In this document: piece after piece, positions 25,350-38,611 of the stretch
Layout of the letters: each line of letters opens with the position of its first letter
How positions within the stretch are numbered: position 1 is the first letter of the stretch
Source of the DNA: Pristiophorus japonicus
Lineage: Eukaryota
NCBI RefSeq assembly: GCF_044704955.1
Contig: NC_091992.1
Span: 44,206,001 to 44,270,000, forward strand
Direction of reading: 5' to 3'
DNA: 64,000 nucleotides
Position numbers and translations under genes: made by a program
The notes under the pieces: generated by a model
Database searches by the model: none
What the model saw: the letters and a program-made list of their open reading frames with translations, nothing else
Told to the model about the DNA's origin: nothing

Positions 25350-25588
25350 TGTCATGTATCTCTCATTGCTGTATATAACTATCTTACCATGCTATATATG
25401 ATGACTGTAACTGGATATGACCTGTAACAATAAGCATACCTTACCACCAGGGGTGCACTTGCATACCTGTCCCACTGTGGTATATAAAGGGAGGTCTCGG
25501 GCAAGTGTGACACAGGAGAGCTGGAATTAAAGGTGCAGGTCCTGAGTGACCTTAACTTCAGCATGTGCCTCGTGTAAGTCAGTACATT
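25350..25588 (+). repeat. 3' LTR (U5 end missing), preceded by polypurine tract
   Basis: GGGGGAGGGTGA then TGTCATGTATC; aligns to 5' LTR up to GTAAGTCAG; no terminal AACA and no clear TSD. Confidence 0.88.
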
Positions 25589-26299
25589 GTTAATTGTTTG
25601 TCACTTTACTGGTATTCATAGTTCTTCCATTGTAGTTACGGTGGGTTTCACCAGTGAAATCATCCCCAGGAAGTTAAATTTAAAATGGAGGGGAAAAGAG
25701 GTTTCCAGCCTCATTGCAATTTGAGGTAACACCTCCAGGGAGTGACTTAGCTGCCCCTCCCCGCTAGCAGAAAAACAGTGGCTTGGATCAAGTTGGGAAA
25801 TCCACTTTTAACAATTTAACTGCCCCACCCTCCTTTTTCCCTCCACCACCCCCCCCCCCCCCCCCCCCCCCCCCCAAACCACGCTCAACACCCATTTTCT
25901 TTTTCAGGGAAAGTTCCGGCTTGGGTATCTGGCACATAATGCCAACTATCTCAAAACGCAGATTAATTTGAAGTGATGTGGTTCATCCAACATTTTCCTG
26001 AGATTCACAACTTTTATTTAATGTTGGAATAAATTTCATTCTGGGGCCTAGTTTAAAAACAAATGGATAAGTAAACACTGGTTGCTATAACTATCACACC
26101 AAAGGTTTGGTTGACAGCTTGGTGAGACAATCCTCAACAGATAGCTATGGGAGGGTTCGGAGGTGAAGATTCAACACTTCTCTCGAAGAGGCAGTCTGCA
26201 GCAGGTGTGTCCTAGAATAGTAAAATTATAGGAGGCTGTCTTCCTAAGGTTAGTGATGGTCAGTTCAGAGATTGATGACTGACTTGATTGACCCTCCTT

Positions 26300-27225
26300 G
26301 TTACCACCACAAAATTTGATGTGTACATGGATTTTAGTAAAGCTTTTGATAAGGTCCCATATGGCAGACTGGTCATGAAAGTAAAAGTCCATGGGATTTG
26401 GGGCAAAGTGGCAAGTTGGATCCAAAATTGGCTGAGGCCAGAAGCAAAGGGTAATGGTTGAAGGGTGTTTGTGACAGGCTGGCTTTTTCCGGTGGGGTTC
26501 CACAGGGCTCAGTACTGGGTCCCTGGCCTTTTGTGCTACATATCAATGATTTATACTTGAATGTAGGGTGTATGATTTAAGAAGATTGCAAATGGTATAA
26601 AAATTGGCTGCATAATTGATGATTAAGGTGGCTGTAAACTGCAGGAAGATATCAATGAACTGGCCCAATGGGCAAATGGAATTCAATCCGGAGAAGTGAG
26701 AGAATGCATATGGGGAGGATTAACGAGGCAAGAGAATACACATATTAAATGGTAAGACACTGAGGTGTAGAGAAACAAAGGGACCTTGGAGTGCATGTTC
26801 AGATCCCTGAAGGTAGCTGGCCAGGTAGATAAGGCAGCACATGGAATATTTGCCTTTATTAGCCGAGGCATAGAATACAAGTGCAGGGAGGTTAGTACAA
26901 AACACTAGTTAGGCTGCAGCTAGAGTACTGCATGCAGTTCTGGTCACCACATTACAAGAAAGATGTGATTGCACTGGAGGATACAGAGGAGATTTTAAGA
27001 GGATGTTGCCTGGACTGGATAATTTTAGCTATGAGGAAAGATTGGATAGGCTGGGTTTGTTTTCTTTGGAACAGAGGAGGCTGAGGGGAGACCTTATTGT
27101 GGTGTATAAAATTGAGGGGCCAAGATAGTGGAGAAGGGCCTATTTCCCTTAGCAGAGGGGTCAGTAACCAGGGAGCATAGATTTTTCACCCAGAGTGGTG
27201 TGGGTATGGAACTTATATTTATATA

Positions 27226-27288
<63 letters not shown>

Positions 27289-27440
27289 AAAAAAAAAAAT
27301 CTTTGGCATGCTTTTGGAATTGCCATAACCTACGATGCTACGGAACAAGAGCTGGAAAGTGGGATTAGGCTGGATAGCTCTTTGGCTGGCACAGACATGA
27401 TGGACCGAAATGGCCTCCTTCCATGCTATAAATGTCTGAC
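26300..27440 (+). mobile_element. Decayed 5'-truncated CR1 containing a (TA)n-polyA tract
   Basis: [20 protein letters not shown] remnants, CR1 tail GGACCGAAATGGCCTCCTTCC. Confidence 0.85.
27230..27299. repeat. (TA)n microsatellite followed by poly-A
   Basis: Direct reading. Confidence 0.95.
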
Positions 27441-28202
27441 CTGTAAACCTGTTAGGGTAGATTAGTGCATTTTGTTTTCCTTGATCTAATCAGTAGAAAA
27501 CTGAATTTCACAGAAGGCTGTATTAGAAATTATATGAAAACATATCAAATAAACCAACTGTTTAATTTAGTTACTTTCCAAAAGATAAATAAAACTCTCG
27601 TACGAGATCACTAACCACTGCACACAGGTAGGGATTGTTATTGCTGTGGTCAGGCAATCTCAACAAATCAGGCAGTAAAGGTGCTGTCCAAATCGTATTG
27701 CATGCAGGTTCTGCTGAAAGTATCTATTGCAGATCAAAAATTTGTAAACCTCTCCAATAACTTTGAATTTGGTACCAGAATGTTCCTAGAGTCCTCTACC
27801 ATCGTGGTAGTAAAGTCACTAAGGTGTGAGCGCCCTGTTTCGGGCATAAGGCAATTTTGCCACCCCCCCCCCCCCCCCCCCCCCCCACCATGTTCCATTT
27901 AGCTTTTTTTTTTCCCCAGACTGTTCGGGCTATATTTTTGGCTTTTGTGATTTCTGGACGTTAATGGCAACAGAGCAATCCTGATACGGCCTTTGAAATG
28001 CTTGCACGTTCATCTGCAAAAATAGGCTCAACGTTCAGAGGTACAAAATCTGGCGTTGCACAAGGATGTTTTGTGCCCCTGTTGAAAATCACGGCGCAAA
28101 AAAAGTTCCAAAATTTGCACCGACTCATTTACATTTTTCAGGGCGCGGTGGTTTCCTTTGCACATGCGCAAATGACCTGGCCCACTTCCAACATAGCAGG
28201 AG

Positions 28203-30023
28203 ATGGCGCAACAAGAGGGCAGGCAACATGCACTGCGATGCCTCAATAGCTGCTGGAGAGCATTCATGCAGGCCATTGAGAGGAGGTGGCTTGCACCCCA
28301 CCTAGTTGGAAGGAGGCCCGTGCCCAGCATCTAGAAGAATATGGAGGAAGATTGCCCAGGAGGTGTCAGTGGCAGACATGGAGACCTGGCACAATGCTGT
28401 AAGAAGTTCAACGACCTCACGAAGGTCTTCTGGGTGAGTACCCTTCCACGTTTATGTAGGCTTGCAAGATCACTGTCTCGTGCAAATGTTAAGTCTTTGA
28501 GATAGCTGGCCCTTCTCAGTGTTACGGGCCATGGTGTGGGTTGTTGAATCCAGCAGAAAGCTGGGGGCTCACTTCTCCAGCCATTCCCTCTGCATTCAGG
28601 ACGCACGTACCCTATTGTCCCCTCCCCATTGTCAACTCTTCTTGCACTCCACTCCCACTGTTGTGCGTTGTCCAAACATCACACTGAGCCGCTATGCTAG
28701 CTGGCTCTCCCTGCCTCCTAGTCTTTGAAAAACCTCAACAGCCACACTGACAACATATTTGCACATCCACACAGTGGCAGCTATTGAAGGCACAAGAGGA
28801 GGTGGACCCTTACTGAACCTTTCTTGCAGGGAAAGCTTTCCCATAATAGAAGGGGGTAACGTCATACTGGAGGCGGACAACCAGTACCGATGGAACTAAG
28901 GTCAAGCAGAGTGTATCGGCCCTCGTGGGCACCCCAGTTCATGCGGTGGACAGGGGCGATGCCTAGTCCGCTTCAGGTAGTGACTGTATGTGAATGGCAC
29001 TTGCAACTGATGTGACTTCCTTCATATACATATCCAATGCCACCTTCCTGTTATCGCCCTACCTCCTCCCCTGCTGCTAACCACACGTCTGTTTTGTGCT
29101 TGCAGATGACCAGCCAGCAGTCCGCCAGCCTTTGTGTCATCGCTATCTGGCCACAGGGGAGATAGTCTGCTGCTTGAACATCCGAACCCACCAGTCGCAT
29201 CATGTGGGGATACATCAGAGGACGAAGACGACATCTAGGGGTTTGAGGACTCCGAGGCACCTGGCCTACAGCAACGCTGAGCGGGAGGGAAGCTCTAAGG
29301 CCAGCTCCCTGGAGGGGGAGTCGGCACAGTAGTCTTGCTCAAAAACAGGTGCACATGGACCTTGACTTGAGAACCCAGAAATGCACAGAGCTCATGGGTG
29401 CATTAGGTAGGGTTCCCCAGAGCATAGATGCACTTGCTATGTGGCGGAGGCCTCACTTATTGCACATGTCTGAGGACTCCAGCGAGCCCATCCTTGGCTG
29501 CTCTGAGGCAGATGAGCTCCAGCAGCAACCATGGCACTCAAATGTGTGGCGTGTGCCATGGGTGAGGTTGCAACAGCGATCGCATCGCAGGCACAAGCTA
29601 CACTCCAACTCAGTGATATGCGGTCACTGACTCCTGCCATCCTGATTTCCCCACAGTCCAATGGGGTGACTGTGCAGAAGCAGGCTAGCAAGTTATGGTG
29701 ACACATCATGCTCTGGATGCTGAGGCCCAGCCCTGTGTGTGTCATTGGTTCCCAGGAAATGGAAGGTGCTGCCGTTCCTCAACATGGCAGCATTTCGGCT
29801 CCCACCATGTACCTTGCGCGGTCCATACCTGAACCATCAGAGGCTGCTACCGCTGAGGCACAGCAGTCTGCAGCCAAGTCTTCCAGGGTGTCCTCCTAGG
29901 CCATCTGCACTAACACAGCAACCCTCAAGCAGCCTTGCTGTAGGCACTGAGGTCTCATGGAGGAGCAGCAGGCTTAGGAGGGGGGGCATGGGTGGTGGGA
30001 GAAAGCGCAGGGCAAGTCTCTAA
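28203..30023 (+). pseudogene. Harbinger Myb/SANT-like (MSANTD/NAIF1-type) DNA-binding gene, spliced, disrupted
   Basis: WRKIAQEVS and QCCKKFNDLT followed by donor GTGAGT near 28434; later acceptor-like TTGCAG sites; low-complexity basic C-terminus. Confidence 0.65.
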
Positions 30024-30289
30024 GGGGTGTGAGAATGTTGTGCAGATGCCTTGATGGAATATGACGCATGTAAATAGTTGAGTTGAAATAATCCACTTCA
30101 TTGTTGAGTTCCTTGCAGCAGAACGCTATTTATTGTATGTTTTTGTTTTGGGGAGTGGGGGAACTGTTACTTTGTTGGAGTAAATTGTCACTGACTGCTT
30201 GCCATTGCTGCTGTTTGCCATTGGTGTCATGTATATCATTCCAAGGTTCACTGGAGATGTGCTTTTACGGTAGCACATAGCGTGGCCAG

Positions 30290-31445
30290 TATGCGTGCAT
30301 CCCTCTGCTTCCTCCATTCAAGCAAACCAGACCATTATGACCTGGAAACGTGTGGCTCTTGGTCCGGCAGCATCTCTGTGGCCTCTCCCATGGATGAGGT
30401 GGCTGTGCAATCGGGGCCTTGCCAGGCTCCTCTTTGTCTGCTCCTCCATGAGGTGAGCTTGCAATGCCTGGCTTTTTTTTTTATAATGGCCAATTTGTGC
30501 AGCATGCAGCACACCACAATGAATTCGGAGACCTATTGAGGGGAGTATTGAAGACTGCCTCCAGAGCGGTCCAGGCATTGGAAGTGCTGCTTGAACACCC
30601 CAATTTGTCTGTCTGACGTTGCAGGTGGCTGCATGACTCTTGCAGCACTATTCGGCTTCTGTGGGGGAGTTGCGGAGGTGAGGTCCATGAGCCAAGGGCT
30701 AGGCCATATAATTTGTCCCTGAGCAGCCAGCTGCGCCCTTCCCTTTGTCGCTGAAACATTTGAGACACTGCTCTCGTGCAAGATGAAAGCATCTGCATTC
30801 ACTGCAAGGATGCTCTGAATGTGGTCACACACCAGCTGCACACTTTGGGAGTAGTATCCCTTTTGGTTTCTGAATACCTCTGCATTGTGAAATGGTGCTT
30901 GCAAGGCCACATGTGTGTGTCAATGACTCTTTGAACCCTTGGGACGCCTGCAATTCTGACAAACCAACGTGCCCGCTCATTCTGGCTGTCCTTGCTCATT
31001 GGGAACTTTATGAAGGCTATTCTGTGGGCATACGGAGCCTTTGTGACGTGCCGAAAGCGGCGATGTGCAGCATATTGAGATGCTGCATATGTCCCCTGCT
31101 ATTGCCTGGAAGGAGCTAGAGGCATAGAAGGCCAGCACCACAGTCACCTTCACTGCGATGGGCAGCGCAGTCCTGTTGGTACTGGAAAGCTGTAGATCTG
31201 CCTGTAGGAGATGGCATATTACTATCAGCACTTCTTTTCGAAAGTGCAGCCTTCTCTCGTACTGCTCCTTCGAGCTGGAGATATGAGCGTTGGTGCCTGT
31301 AAAGTCGTGGGGGTTAAGCCCTCCTCCCCAGACATCTTCAGCCTCTCATCTGTGGGCCAACATGGCTAAGCGCCCTTAATCTAGCTTGATGCCGCCTAGC
31401 AATAGCCTGGAGCATGATACGCTGGTGAACTAATAATGCCCCCAT
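30290..31445 (-). pseudogene. HARBI1-like DDE transposase, frameshifted
   Basis: TALPIAVKVTVVLAFYASSSFQ..GDICSIS; AGVPRVQRVID.H; FRNQKGYYSQSVQLVCDH; DAFIL; CLDRSGGSLQYSP; VCCMLH. Confidence 0.9.
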
Positions 31446-34400
31446 TAAATTCTTACTGAAGTTGTAAGGACACTGTAATTGCCGCTTTCAAGTCTGCTTC
31501 ACTCAGCGTGCTGTGCACAACCATTGCAGTCAATGTAGCCTGCGATGTAGGATCCTCCTCCCACCATTTAAATACAGCCTGCTGCATCCTGGGAATGCCT
31601 GGTTTTTTGGGCATTTCCTGGGGCGGGCATATAATATGCTGTTGGAGCCTAATTTGGCATCCGGGGTGCTAGCAGAGCGTTGCATGACAATTGAGGTCAT
31701 GATCTCCGTGAAACTAGAGGGTGGGCGGTAAGTGTTTGCGGTGGCGTTTTTAAAAAAAAAAAAAAATGAGCTGAATTTGCAGACTGGACGGTAAAAGCTG
31801 GACGCCCACCATAAAGCCTAGAAACTCCCTTTACCGTCCCTCCAGGTCGCTACCAGAGGCGCAAGGGAGTGGAAAATCCAGCCCAAATGTTTTGATGTAT
31901 GTGGGGCGTTTTGCTCATTGGGTGTGTTGCTAACTGTTGTTTTATAAGTGCACTTGTAATGGTGATTTGCATACTTTACTTTGTGCAGTGACAGGTGAAA
32001 AAGTTTGTGACTCAAGGTCTCTGTTATTTTAACTGTTCCTGCCATGTACCTTAGCCCATAGTAGGTCGGCCACCTGTTTTACACCCTGCATGACTACTTT
32101 CCTGCCTGAATGTGAATAATTGAAATTGACCCCTCAGACTGACATTTTTTCATTTAGATGTACTATCTGATGCCTACAGGTAAAGACCAGTTATGCAGAG
32201 CTGACTAGACAGAACCTGTCCTACAAGTTCTATGTTGAAAAATACATTTTTGATATATTTCTGATTCTCTCCCACCCCACATAATCACGTTTGTCATTTC
32301 TGAATACCAGGCTAGAAATTGTTGTCCTGAAATGGTGGCTTATCTGTGGCAAGGTAGCACTTGTGCCTACCACAACAAAAGACTGACCCTGTCAGAAATA
32401 CTGGTGCCAACTAATTGAAATGATTCTGGCAGGAATACAGATATGGAAAGTCAGAAAATTCAAGAGGGTGGATTATAGGCACAGTTTTCATATTTAATCA
32501 GGAGCTTGCAATTAAAGGGCTTAGCAATGTTCCTTGTCCCAAAAGTAATCACTTAATAGCACTCATACTGGATGTGAGCAGTGGTTTTGGATGTGTACAA
32601 TACTGTTCCAGTTCCCTCAACCAAAAAAGCAGAAGGTACATTAGCACACTGCCAATTCACCACTGCCTTGAGAGCTTTAACTCGTTCATGTTACTGGCTC
32701 TGCAAATCAGAAGATAATAGCAGTTGGAACGTGCTAGATGCTGTAATGCTTCTCCCAGAGGTGTGCTTTTCTTCATCTTTTGTCAATGTAGACCAGCATA
32801 CTTTGTCTAAAGGTTGTCAGGGGCTTTATTGTGATGTGTCCTTTAGTGCACACTTCTTGTGAATCTAATGAGTGGATGTTCATTGATGGGATCTACTCAA
32901 CTAAGGTTCATGTAATCCTCACATGCTAACAATTTTTGTATCCTGCAAGCATCAGCATTTTCTGGGCAATATCTGCTTGTTCACTTAAAATTAATACTGT
33001 TCTCTGCTCCTGCCATCAGTTGCTGTTCCAAAGGATTGCACACTGGGCAGGAATTCTTGCAAGATAAAAAAATTGTCTGTGCCAGGATGTTCAATCCCAT
33101 AGATATAGGAGCATTGCTATGTGGAGTGAAAGGAATGTGCCAAGTGCTATTGTGTGGGGGGAGGAAGGAAAAGAGAGAAAGGGTCAGCATGAAATAGGAT
33201 GGGAGAGTGCCAGGTTTAATTTAGGATAAAGAAAAGTGTGCTGGCATAAGCCAGGCATGATATATATGCATCTGCTTTAGCTTTCCTGTAATGTCATGGT
33301 ATGAGCACTGGCCAAAATACTGTGAAATCTGCATGTTTAGAATTAGAAAGTTACAGCTGAGAACTATAGTTAGCTTTCTCTCTCAAAACAGAGGCTGCAA
33401 TATAAAAACAATTTTTAACTAGAACATCTTTGGTTTTCATGGCGATGCCAGCTCTTCCCCCACACATGCACACCATGGACCTGTTGAAATCAGAGATCGT
33501 GGGCTAGAAATTTGGTTCGATAGCGCCTGATCAAAATGGCTTCTGAGCGGCGCACCTACACTTCTGTCGACTGTCTGACACTATCTTGGTTGGGATGGCC
33601 ATTCGGAGCGTGTGCTAGAAGTATGCTAAGTACACAGATTGTGACATCAATCGGCATGCAATGCTGATTTGACACCAGCGTTACCATTTTCATTGTCATT
33701 GTTGGAGCTGATTCTCTCTCCTAACCTCACAAAGCTGAAAATGCGTACATCAGCAGGGAGGACCCACCCACCCCCAGCACAGTGATATATAAAGGGGTTA
33801 TCAACAACTTTAAAGTAACTTGTGTTTTTTTTTTTAATTTTTACTTTAAGTTTGAGGAACTGTTTGGAGCTTGTTTACAGTTGATGAGATGACCGAAATG
33901 GAGAAGGCCTTGCTTTTGAATTCAAGGGTTCTGGACAGACCACTTTTTTTTTTCTCCCAGTCATGGGTGCACGAGTTATTTTCCCCCTTGGCCTGCAGCA
34001 GGACAGGAAGATACAGCAAAGAGGACATGTTGCTCACAGAGGAAGAGAGAGAGGTTCTTCTGAGAGCAATTCTCTTGCCTCAACTTGAGCCAGTAGTGTG
34101 GGGCGTCTGCGATTCACAAAGGAAATGCACACCGTACTCTAACAACTCTTGCAGCCTCACTCCATAGCAAGGACAGTGCTGCCAGTGGCTGAGATGATAA
34201 CTCTGGCCTTTAATTTCTTCATGTCATGATCCTTCGAGGCTGGAGCAGGCGACATCTGTAACATCTCTCCGTTCGTTGTCTTCTCTCTGACCAGAGAGAA
34301 GCAGACGGAGCATGCACGTGGCTTTGCTAGGATAGCAGACATTTCCATGGTGCAGGTCGTCATCGATTGCACACACCTGGCTTTGTGGACACCGTGTATA

Positions 34401-34659
34401 AATGCTGAGTTTACTGCAACCGCAAAGGTTACCACTCCTGAATGTGCAGCTGGTATGTAACACCTTGCCTTTGCTCTGTTACTGACCAAAACTGCATTAT
34501 CCTTCTTACCATGCTGAAATAAAAGCCACCACAAAGCAGACTTTCCAACCATTTACATTTAATAAAAAAAAAAATCAACTAATCACCCTTGTGCATTCCC
34601 TTAGTGACCGTCTTGTGTATGCCTTTGCCTATCCTAGTGCTCCTACGCAGTTGCTGTGC

Positions 34660-34775
34660 TGCCGCATTTCCTACATTCAACTGTGACTACACTTCAAACA
34701 ATGTCATTGGCTGTAAAGTGCTTTGGGACATCCGGTGGTCATGAAAGGCACTATATAAATGCAAGTATTTTCTTT
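34660..34775 (+). mobile_element. Deu-SINE 3' tail inserted in Harbinger element
   Basis: TGACTACACTTCAAA..ATTGGCTGTAAAGTGCTTTGGGACATCC..TGAAAGGCACTATATAAATGCAAGT; TGTGCT on both sides may be a TSD. Confidence 0.7.
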
Positions 34776-35821
34776 GTGCTACCCCAGTAGCTGCAGCATG
34801 ACTGGTGGCAGACTGCTGACTTTGTGGTAGAGACTGCAGGCAACCCTGAGCTCTAGGCCTGGCTTTAGACTGCACCACCTCTGCATGGGCAGCAGAAATC
34901 TGGTCTGACAGACTGGCGACAGCAAGGGCACTAGCGGAGTGGCAGTGGCGGAAGCACATATGCTGTCATCCAGAGGGAGGGCAGTAGGGTCATCCTCCAT
35001 GGATCCATTGTCATTCCCCAAGGGCAGTGCCTCTGCAATCTGCTGGAGTACAGACTGCTGAGACAATGCAAGCCTCTTTCAACACTGGTAAACCCTGCCG
35101 TGATGGCAGCAGTCTGTGGTTGCATAACTTCAGTCTGTGCTTCCATTGTAGCACTGACATTGGGTGGCTTGTGCTGCAATAGCTGAGACTTTAGCCATCA
35201 GATGGGACATGATGGTTGAGTCCCCAAGTGTTAATGGATCTGCCCACCCTTCCATGTTGGAAAGTATGGGCTCCAAACACTACCCAAAGCAAGGCTGGAG
35301 CTGGACTCCTCCATGATCCTTGACATTGCATTCAGGTTTTCTGGCAGGCACCAAGCATTTTAATTGTGCATACTCATCAGTGTTCTGTAGGCTAAGGACC
35401 TGTGTGTTCCCACTCAGGAGTTGGCACCCAAGTTACCTTTTTCGCCTTGCCCTGGCCGGGAGTATGAAATTGAGTGACCGCATTTCTTGATGCCACACTC
35501 CTTGCTATTTGACCACCAACTGGGCAGACTAGATTTCTTGGGTGTCTGAAATGAGAAATGCATGAGGGGGGAGAAAGCAAGAGGTGCATGCCTTCATGTG
35601 CAGATTATGGGATGTGAGAAGGAGGATAATTCATGAGGATATCGGCATCTTATATTCCTTCAGACCTGACACTGGTCACAGGCTCTGCCATGCCCCTGCC
35701 AAGAATGACCAGCACAGTGTCCTTTTTTTTTTAAAAGGTGATGCAGCCAAACCTGTCCCCCTGCTGGTTATGGTCTGCTGGCGCTGGTTATGCACAACCT
35801 TTTCCTGCAAGAGATGACTGG

Positions 35822-37030
35822 TGTAATTTGGAAAAGCATGATTCAATGAAGCAGAGTCAGCATGGTTTTATGAAGGTGCAATCAAATTTGCTAGAGTTCT
35901 TTGAGGATGTAATGATAAGGGGGGAACCAGTGGATGTGGTGTACTTGGATTTCCAGAAGGCATTTGATAAGGTGCCATAAAAGGTTACTGCACAAGATAA
36001 AAGCTCACTGGGTTGGAGGTAATATATTAGCATGAATAAAGGATTGGCTAAATGGATCATTATCTGGTTGGCAAACCGTAACTAGTAGGGTGCCGCAGGG
36101 ATCGGTGTTGGGTCCTCCACTATTTACAATCTCCTATTAATGACTTGGATGAAGGGACCAAGTGTAATGTAGCTAGGTTTGCTGATACAAAGATGGGTGG
36201 GAAAGCAAATTGAGGAGACACAATCTGCAAAGGGATTATAGACAGGCGGAGTGTGCCAAAATTTAGCAGATGGAGTATAATGTGGGAAAATGTGAGGTTA
36301 TCCACTGGCAGAAAAAATAGAAAAAGCAAATTATAATTTAAATGGAGAAAAATTGCAAAGTGCTGCAGTATGGAGGGACCTGGGGGTCCTTGTGCATGAA
36401 ACAGTGTATGCAGGTACAGCAAGTAATCGGGAAGGCAAATGGAATGTTGGCCTTTTTATTGCAAGGGGGATAGAGTATAAAAGCAGAAGTCCTGCTACAT
36501 CTGTACAGGGTACTGGTGAGGACACCTGGAGTATTGTGTACAGTTTTGGTCTCTGTATTTAAGACCGGATATACTTGCGTTTGAGGCTGTTCAGAGAAGG
36601 TTCACTGGGTTGATTCCAGAGATGAGGGGATAGGTTGTGCCTATACACATTGGAGTTCAGAAGAATGAGGGGATCTTCTTGAAACATCAGATGAGGGCTT
36701 GACAAGGTGGATGGAAATATCCTTTCTGCAGTCATCGGGGAAACTAAAACTAGGGAACATAGTCTTGGAATAAAGGGCCCGCCCATTTAAAACAAACTTG
36801 AGGGTTGTAAATCTATGGAATTCTCCGTTCCTGAGAGCTGCGGAGGCTGGGTCATTGAATATATTTAATACAGAGATTAGACCGATTTTTGAGCAACAAG
36901 GAAATAAAGGGTTATTGGGAGCGGGCAGGGAAGTGGAGCTGAGTCCATGATCAGATCAGCCATGACCTTGCTGAATGGTGGAGCAGACTCAAGGAGCCAA
37001 ATGGCTGCCTCCTGCTCCTATTATGTTCTT
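35822..37030 (+). mobile_element. 5'-truncated CR1 inserted in the Harbinger Myb gene
   Basis: [28 protein letters not shown]; tail CCTGCTCCTATTATGTTCTT. Confidence 0.9.
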
Positions 37031-38165
37031 TGGATGATGTGGCTGTCATGGTTAAATAGCTGACAGTGTTCAAGCTGTTGGGTGAGACTTACAGCAGTGG
37101 TAAGCGTGTGTGGGTGATGTGTTTGGTTGAGATTGTTGCTGGGGGTGTGGTGCATGACTAGTGTGATAGGCTAGTGGTGTGTAGATGGTGGGATATGGCA
37201 TTTGAAGATGAATTCACTGACCTTGACCACACGTGAGGTCATTAAAATTCTTCCTGCACGGAGTTTAGGTTCTAGCATCTATACTGCTGGCATTGACCAC
37301 ATTGGCTATCTGTCCTCATAGCGTGCTCGCAAGTTGCCGAGAGGGCCCCCTGGGAAGAGGCGCTTGCTCCTTGAGGTGGCCTCCTGGACCAACTCCTAGT
37401 GCTGCATTAGAGAATCTTGAGCTCTCTTTCTGGCCTGTTTAGCCATTACTCCTTTTTTTTTTTTTTGGTCAGTAGTTTCTACAAGCACTTCCACCACCTG
37501 TTGCAGGCAGAAAGTACTTCTCATTCATTTAAGAGTTGCAGACTGCCTTTAAGCTAGTTTAATTGGCACTAACCTCTCTAACATGGACCCTCTGCTGAGC
37601 ATTCAACCACTCAGCAGTGTATTCTGCGCTCGGCTGAATGCTATAATCATGCAAATTTGCATGTGCTGCCTGCAGTCCTCCAATCGGGTTTTGCTTCCTA
37701 TCGCATTGTGATCACATTGTCCATTTTCAGGGGCTACCAAATTTCTAGGCATGTGTTTTCAATAAGCAGTTCATTCAAATTGTCTTCAATGCAGACCAGC
37801 AGTAGGATGATTGGGAGAATGCCACATGGAAATCCATTTATGCATATTAGGCACACCAGGATAGTTTCCACAAGATTGCGCTGGTTTTTCTGGCCAAACC
37901 AGTACAAAAAGATTGCGGCATTTCATGCGTAAGTTACATCCATGGCAAATCGAGGCTTTGCGATCTTTTGCATTTGTTTTTTTTAAACGCACTGGAAGCT
38001 GGCCCTGCCCACAACTGGTCACTCCCTCCGATCCAATTCATGAGCATAGTGAGTTTCCGCTAATTGTGCCCATTTGCGGGCCTCGGAGGCTCTTAAAATT
38101 AAGCTGGCTTTTATAGGTGCAAGTGCACTAATGGGCACCTTTTTAGTTTTTAAATATTTAATTTA

Positions 38166-38440
38166 CAGGTGCAGCGTCGCAGATCCGGACTCCGAGACGA
38201 TCGGTGGAAGGGTCGTCCGGAATCCAGACCTGCTGGGGGGGTGGGGGGCACCACCATCGCTGTCTGACATCGAGCCACACCTCGTCCGGTTTGCATCACT
38301 GCCGCTGCCCTTACTTTGGACTTTCCGAAATCTGGAAATACCCGAACTTGACCTGGTGTTTCCGGATTTGTGACGTCAAAGACTACCAAAAATCCGGAAT
38401 GGCCTCGGTCCCGAGGGTTCCGGATTCACGACTCTACCTG
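38166..38440. mobile_element. Tc1/mariner-pogo (Tigger-like) MITE
   Basis: TA|CAGGTGCAGCGTCGCAGATCCGGA ... TCCGGATTCACGACTCTACCTG|TA: imperfect TIRs and TA duplication; internal TCCGGA repeats. Confidence 0.8.
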
Positions 38441-38611
38441 TACGAAGAAACTGAGTAACATACCAATGAAACTAGTAAATGGTTCCATATAGTTAAGTCA
38501 TTTTCCAGTTATTTTAAATGGGTTACATACTAGACAGTTATTAACAATGCTTATTTCTGCTAAGCCCATTTTCAGCTGTATTAATAAAACTGCACCAAGT
38601 TACCACACAAT

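Larger units (their letters stand above)
21146..25588 (+). mobile_element. Gypsy/Ty3 LTR retrotransposon, Mag-like lineage, decayed
   Basis: Direct LTRs; gag (WDDFIERLQQSF..KRRAHLL), two Zn knuckles (CWRCGGRHSTRVC, CRNCNDTGHLARMC), protease LDTGAS, RT (FQDD), RNase H (LTCDAS), integrase (HVDYAGP, SDNGP, NGQAER) in PR-RT-RH-IN order; many frameshifts. Confidence 0.95.
27927..31884. mobile_element. PIF/Harbinger DNA transposon, formerly autonomous, two convergent genes, decayed
   Basis: TIRs GGGCTATATTTTT / GGAAAATCCAGCCC; Myb/SANT-like gene on +, HARBI1-like transposase on -. Confidence 0.85.
33501..37750. mobile_element. Second Harbinger element (opposite orientation) with internal deletions, SINE tail and CR1 inserted
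   Basis: TIRs GGGCTAGAAATTTGGT / ACCAAATTTCTAGGC; + strand transposase remnant about 33963-34460 (TVLPVA..AGDICNIS, IDCTH, NRKGYHS, NVQLV); - strand Myb remnant (CRKNFNDLT near 37230-37260). Confidence 0.85.

Noticed and set aside
30290-31445. Domesticated HARBI1 gene
   Set aside because: Multiple frameshifts, flanking TIRs and an adjacent Myb gene indicate a dead transposon copy.
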